DNA of 64,000 nucleotides from Heterodontus francisci (Eukaryota): NCBI RefSeq assembly GCF_036365525.1, contig NC_090402.1, positions 49,017,700 to 49,081,699 of the forward strand, read 5' to 3'. Shown piece by piece: positions 60,916 to 64,000 of this stretch (position 1 is its first letter; each line of letters starts with the position of its first letter). The notes under the pieces were generated by a model. It saw only the letters and a program-made list of their open reading frames with translations, ran no database searches and was not told where the DNA came from. The position numbers and the translations under genes were made by a program.

Positions 60916-62606
60916 AAGAACAAAGAACAGTACAGCACAGGAACAGGTGATTCGGCCCTCAAAGCCTGCGCCGATCTTGATGCCTGCCTAAACTAACACC
61001 TTCTGCACTTCCGGGGCCCATATCCCTCTATTCCCTTCCTATTCATGTATTTGTCAAGATGTCTCAAACGTCGCTATTGTATCTGCTTCCACCACCTCCC
61101 CTGGCAGCAAGTTCCAGGCACTCGCCACCCTCTGTGTAAAATACTTGCCTCGAACATCCCCTCTAAACTTTGCTCCTCGCACCTTAAACCTATGTCCCCT
61201 AGTAACTGACTCTTCCACCCTGGGAAAAAGCTACTGACACTCTGTCCATGCCGCTCATAACTTTGTAAACCTCTATCATGTCGCTCTTCCACCTCCGTCG
61301 TTCCAGTGAAAACAATCTGAGTTTTTCCAACCTCTCCTCATAGCTAATGCCCTCCAGACCAGGCAACATCCTGGTAAACCTCCTCTGTACCCTCTCCAAA
61401 GCCTCCACGTCCTTCTGGTAGTGTGGCGACCAGAATTGCACGCAATATTCTAAGTGTGGCCTAACGAAGGGTCTGTACAGCTGCAACATGACGTGCCAAT
61501 TTTTATACTCTATGCCCCGACCGATAAAGGCAAGCATGCCGTATGCCTTCTTGACTACCTTATCCACCTGCGCTGCCACTTTCAGTGACCTGTGGACCTG
61601 TACGTCCAGATCTCTCTGCCTGTCAATACTCCTAAGGGTTCTGCCATTTACTGTATACCTCCCACCTGCATTAGACCTTCCAAAATGCATTACCTCACAT
61701 TTGTCCGGATTAAACTCCATCTGCCATTTCTCCGCCCAAGTCTCCAACCGATCTATGTGCTGCTGTATCCTCTGACAATCCTCATCACTATCCACAACTC
61801 CACCAACCTTTGTGTCGTCCGCAAACTTACTAATCAGGCCAGCTACATTTTCCTCCAAATCATTTATATATGCTACAAACAGCAAAGGTCCCAGCACTGA
61901 TCCCTGCGGAACACCACTAGTCATAGCCCTCCATTCAGAAAAACACCCATCCACTGTTACCCTCTGTCTTCTGTGACTGAGACAGTTCTGTATCCATCTT
62001 GCCAGCTCACCTCTGATCCCGTGTGACTTCACCTTTTGCACCAGTCTGCCATGCGGGACCTTGTCAAAGGCTTTACTAAAGTCCATATAGACAACATCCA
62101 CCGCCCTTCCCTCATCAATCATCTTCGTCACTTCCTCAAAAAACTCAATCAAATTAGTAAGACACGACCTCCCCTTCACAAAACCATGCTGTCTCTCGCT
62201 AATAATTTTGTTTGTTTCCAAATGGGAGTAAATCCTGTCCCGAAGAATCCTCTCTAATAGTTTCCCTACCACTGACGTCAGGCTCACCGGCCTATAATTT
62301 CCTGGATTATCCATACCACCCTTCTTAAACAAAGGAACAACATTGGCTATTCTCCAGTCCTCTGGGACCTCACCTGTAGCCAATGAGGATGCAAAGATTT
62401 CTGTCAAGGCCCCACCAATTTCTTCCCTTGCCTCCCTCAGTATTCTAGGGTAGATCCCATCAGGCCCTGGGGACTTATCTACCTTAATGCTTTGCAAGAC
62501 ACCCAACACCTCCTCCTTTTTGATAATGAGATGACTGAGACTATCTGCACTCCCTTCCCTAGGCTCATCATCCACCAAGTCCTTCTCCTTGGTGAATACT
62601 GATGCA
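60916..62606 (-). mobile_element. Young 5'-truncated CR1/HER1 LINE with open RT frame
   Basis: 459-aa ORF 61199-62578 (NYRPVSLTS, YMDFSKAFDKVPH, GVPQGSVLGP, KFADD); 3' tail GTTCTTTGTTCTTT. Confidence 0.92.
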
Positions 62607-62711
62607 ATGACAAAGGATTAATTAATAACCTTGTAGTAAAGGGGCCTGTAGGGAAAAGTGACCATAATATGATAACATTTTACATTGGGTTTGAAAATGA
62701 TTTAGTTAAGT

Positions 62712-63029
62712 GGGCGGCACAGTGGTGCAGTGGTTAGCACCACAGCCTCACAGCTCCAGGGACCCGGGTTCAATTTTGGGTACTGCCTCTGCGGAGTTTG
62801 CAAGTTCTCCCTGTGACCGCGTGGGTTTTCGCCGGGTGCTCTGGTTTCCTCCCACCACCAAAGACTTGCAGGTGATAGGTAAATTAGCTATTGTAAATTG
62901 CCCCTAGTGTAGGTAGGTGGTAGGGAATATGGGATTACTGTAGGGTTAGTATAAATGGGTGGTTGTTGGTCGGCAGAGACTCGGTGGGTTGAAGGGCCTG
63001 TTTCAGTGCTGTATCTCTGAAAAAAAAAG
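62712..63029 (+). mobile_element. HE1-type tRNA-derived SINE
   Basis: Near-identical to 3587-3905; ends in an A-run. Confidence 0.85.
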
Positions 63030-64000
63030 TCTGAATTTAGGATCTTAAATCTAAACAAACTATGTAGGTTGCCTCAGGTGGTTTGGGAAACTACATTAAA
63101 AGACATGAAGGTATACGAGCTATGACTAGCATTTAAAGAGTTAATACATAATTGGCAATACATACACATTCCTTTAAGACATAAATGCCCCACTGAGAAG
63201 CAGTCCAACCACAGAAAGCAAGAGGAGTCAAAGATAGTATTAGATCAAAAGAAGAGGCTTATAATGTTGCCATAAAGAGTAGTATGCCTGAGGATTGGGA
63301 GAAGTTTAGAATTCAGCAAAGGAGGTCCAAGAAATTGATCAGGAAATAGAAAACAGAATGTGAGAGTAGACTAGCAATAGATGTAAAAACAGATTGTAAA
63401 CATTTCTATAGGTATGTAGATAGGAAGAGATTAGTGAAAGTAAATGTGGGGCCGTTAGAGGCAGAGACAAATGAAATTATAATGGGGAATAAGGAAATGG
63501 CTGAGACATTAAACAACTATTTTGTATCTGCCTTCACAGTAGAAGACACAAAAAACATTCTGGAAATAACGGAATCATGGGTCTGCGTGAATGAGGAACT
63601 TAAAGAAATCAGTATAAATAAAGAAATAGTACTGGAGAAATTAATGGGACTTGTGTCTCAGCTATTTACAATCTGTGCTAGTGACTTAGATGAGGGGACT
63701 GAGTGTAACTTATCCAAGTTTGTGCACGATACAAGGTTAGATGAGCACATAAGTGGTGAGGAAGAGGCTGCAGAGGGATAAAGACAGGTTGGGTGAGTGG
63801 GCAGATGGAATACAATGTGGTAAAGTGTGAACTGATCTACTTTGGTAGGAAAAATTTAAAAAAGCAGAATTTTTTTGAATGGTGAGAGACTGGGACTTGA
63901 GTCACAGAAAGTTAACATGCATGTACAGCAAGCAATTAGGAAGGCAGATGGCACATTAACTTTAGTTACAAAGGGATTGGGGTATTCAGAGCATTGGTGA

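Larger units (their letters stand above)
60370..64000 (+). mobile_element. Old CR1 LINE ORF2 remnant, interrupted by a younger CR1 and an HE1 SINE
   Basis: APE-like text at 60370-60915 resumes at ~62607; ORF 63434-63781. Confidence 0.75.

Overview
Repeat-rich vertebrate genomic DNA, almost certainly from a cartilaginous fish (shark): it carries HE1-type tRNA-derived SINEs, HER1/CR1 LINEs, Deu-domain SINEs, RTE LINEs and Penelope-like elements. Three host loci can be read by hand. (1) A decayed BSPRY copy (+, ~1.5-4.4 kb) with a stop codon, a Penelope insertion inside an exon and missing exons. (2) An HDHD3 copy (+, 22632-23354) with an in-frame TGA at codon 18 and Asp->Asn changes in HAD motifs. 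(3) The main result, mostly invisible in the ORF track: an apparently intact spliced gene on the minus strand. Its coding exons are 52206-52137, 48922-48857, 47639-47574, 45045-44974 and 34544-34234, joined by canonical phase-1 GT-AG introns, plus a short poly(A) exon near 29126-29075. It encodes a 194-aa secreted prepropeptide: signal peptide, acidic propiece, KR cleavage site, a 52-aa peptide with 26 Lys (GLKKFLKKAKKIAKKIAKKIKKIMKKVAKKLKKIVKKVAKKMKKTLKPKYPV, an 11-residue-periodic amphipathic helix) and an acidic (AEQEPP)n tail. This looks like a host-defence/antimicrobial peptide precursor built by exon duplication, with STAT/AP-1/GATA motifs upstream. I do not recognise the family. Function and novelty are inferences needing RNA-seq, homology searches and assays.
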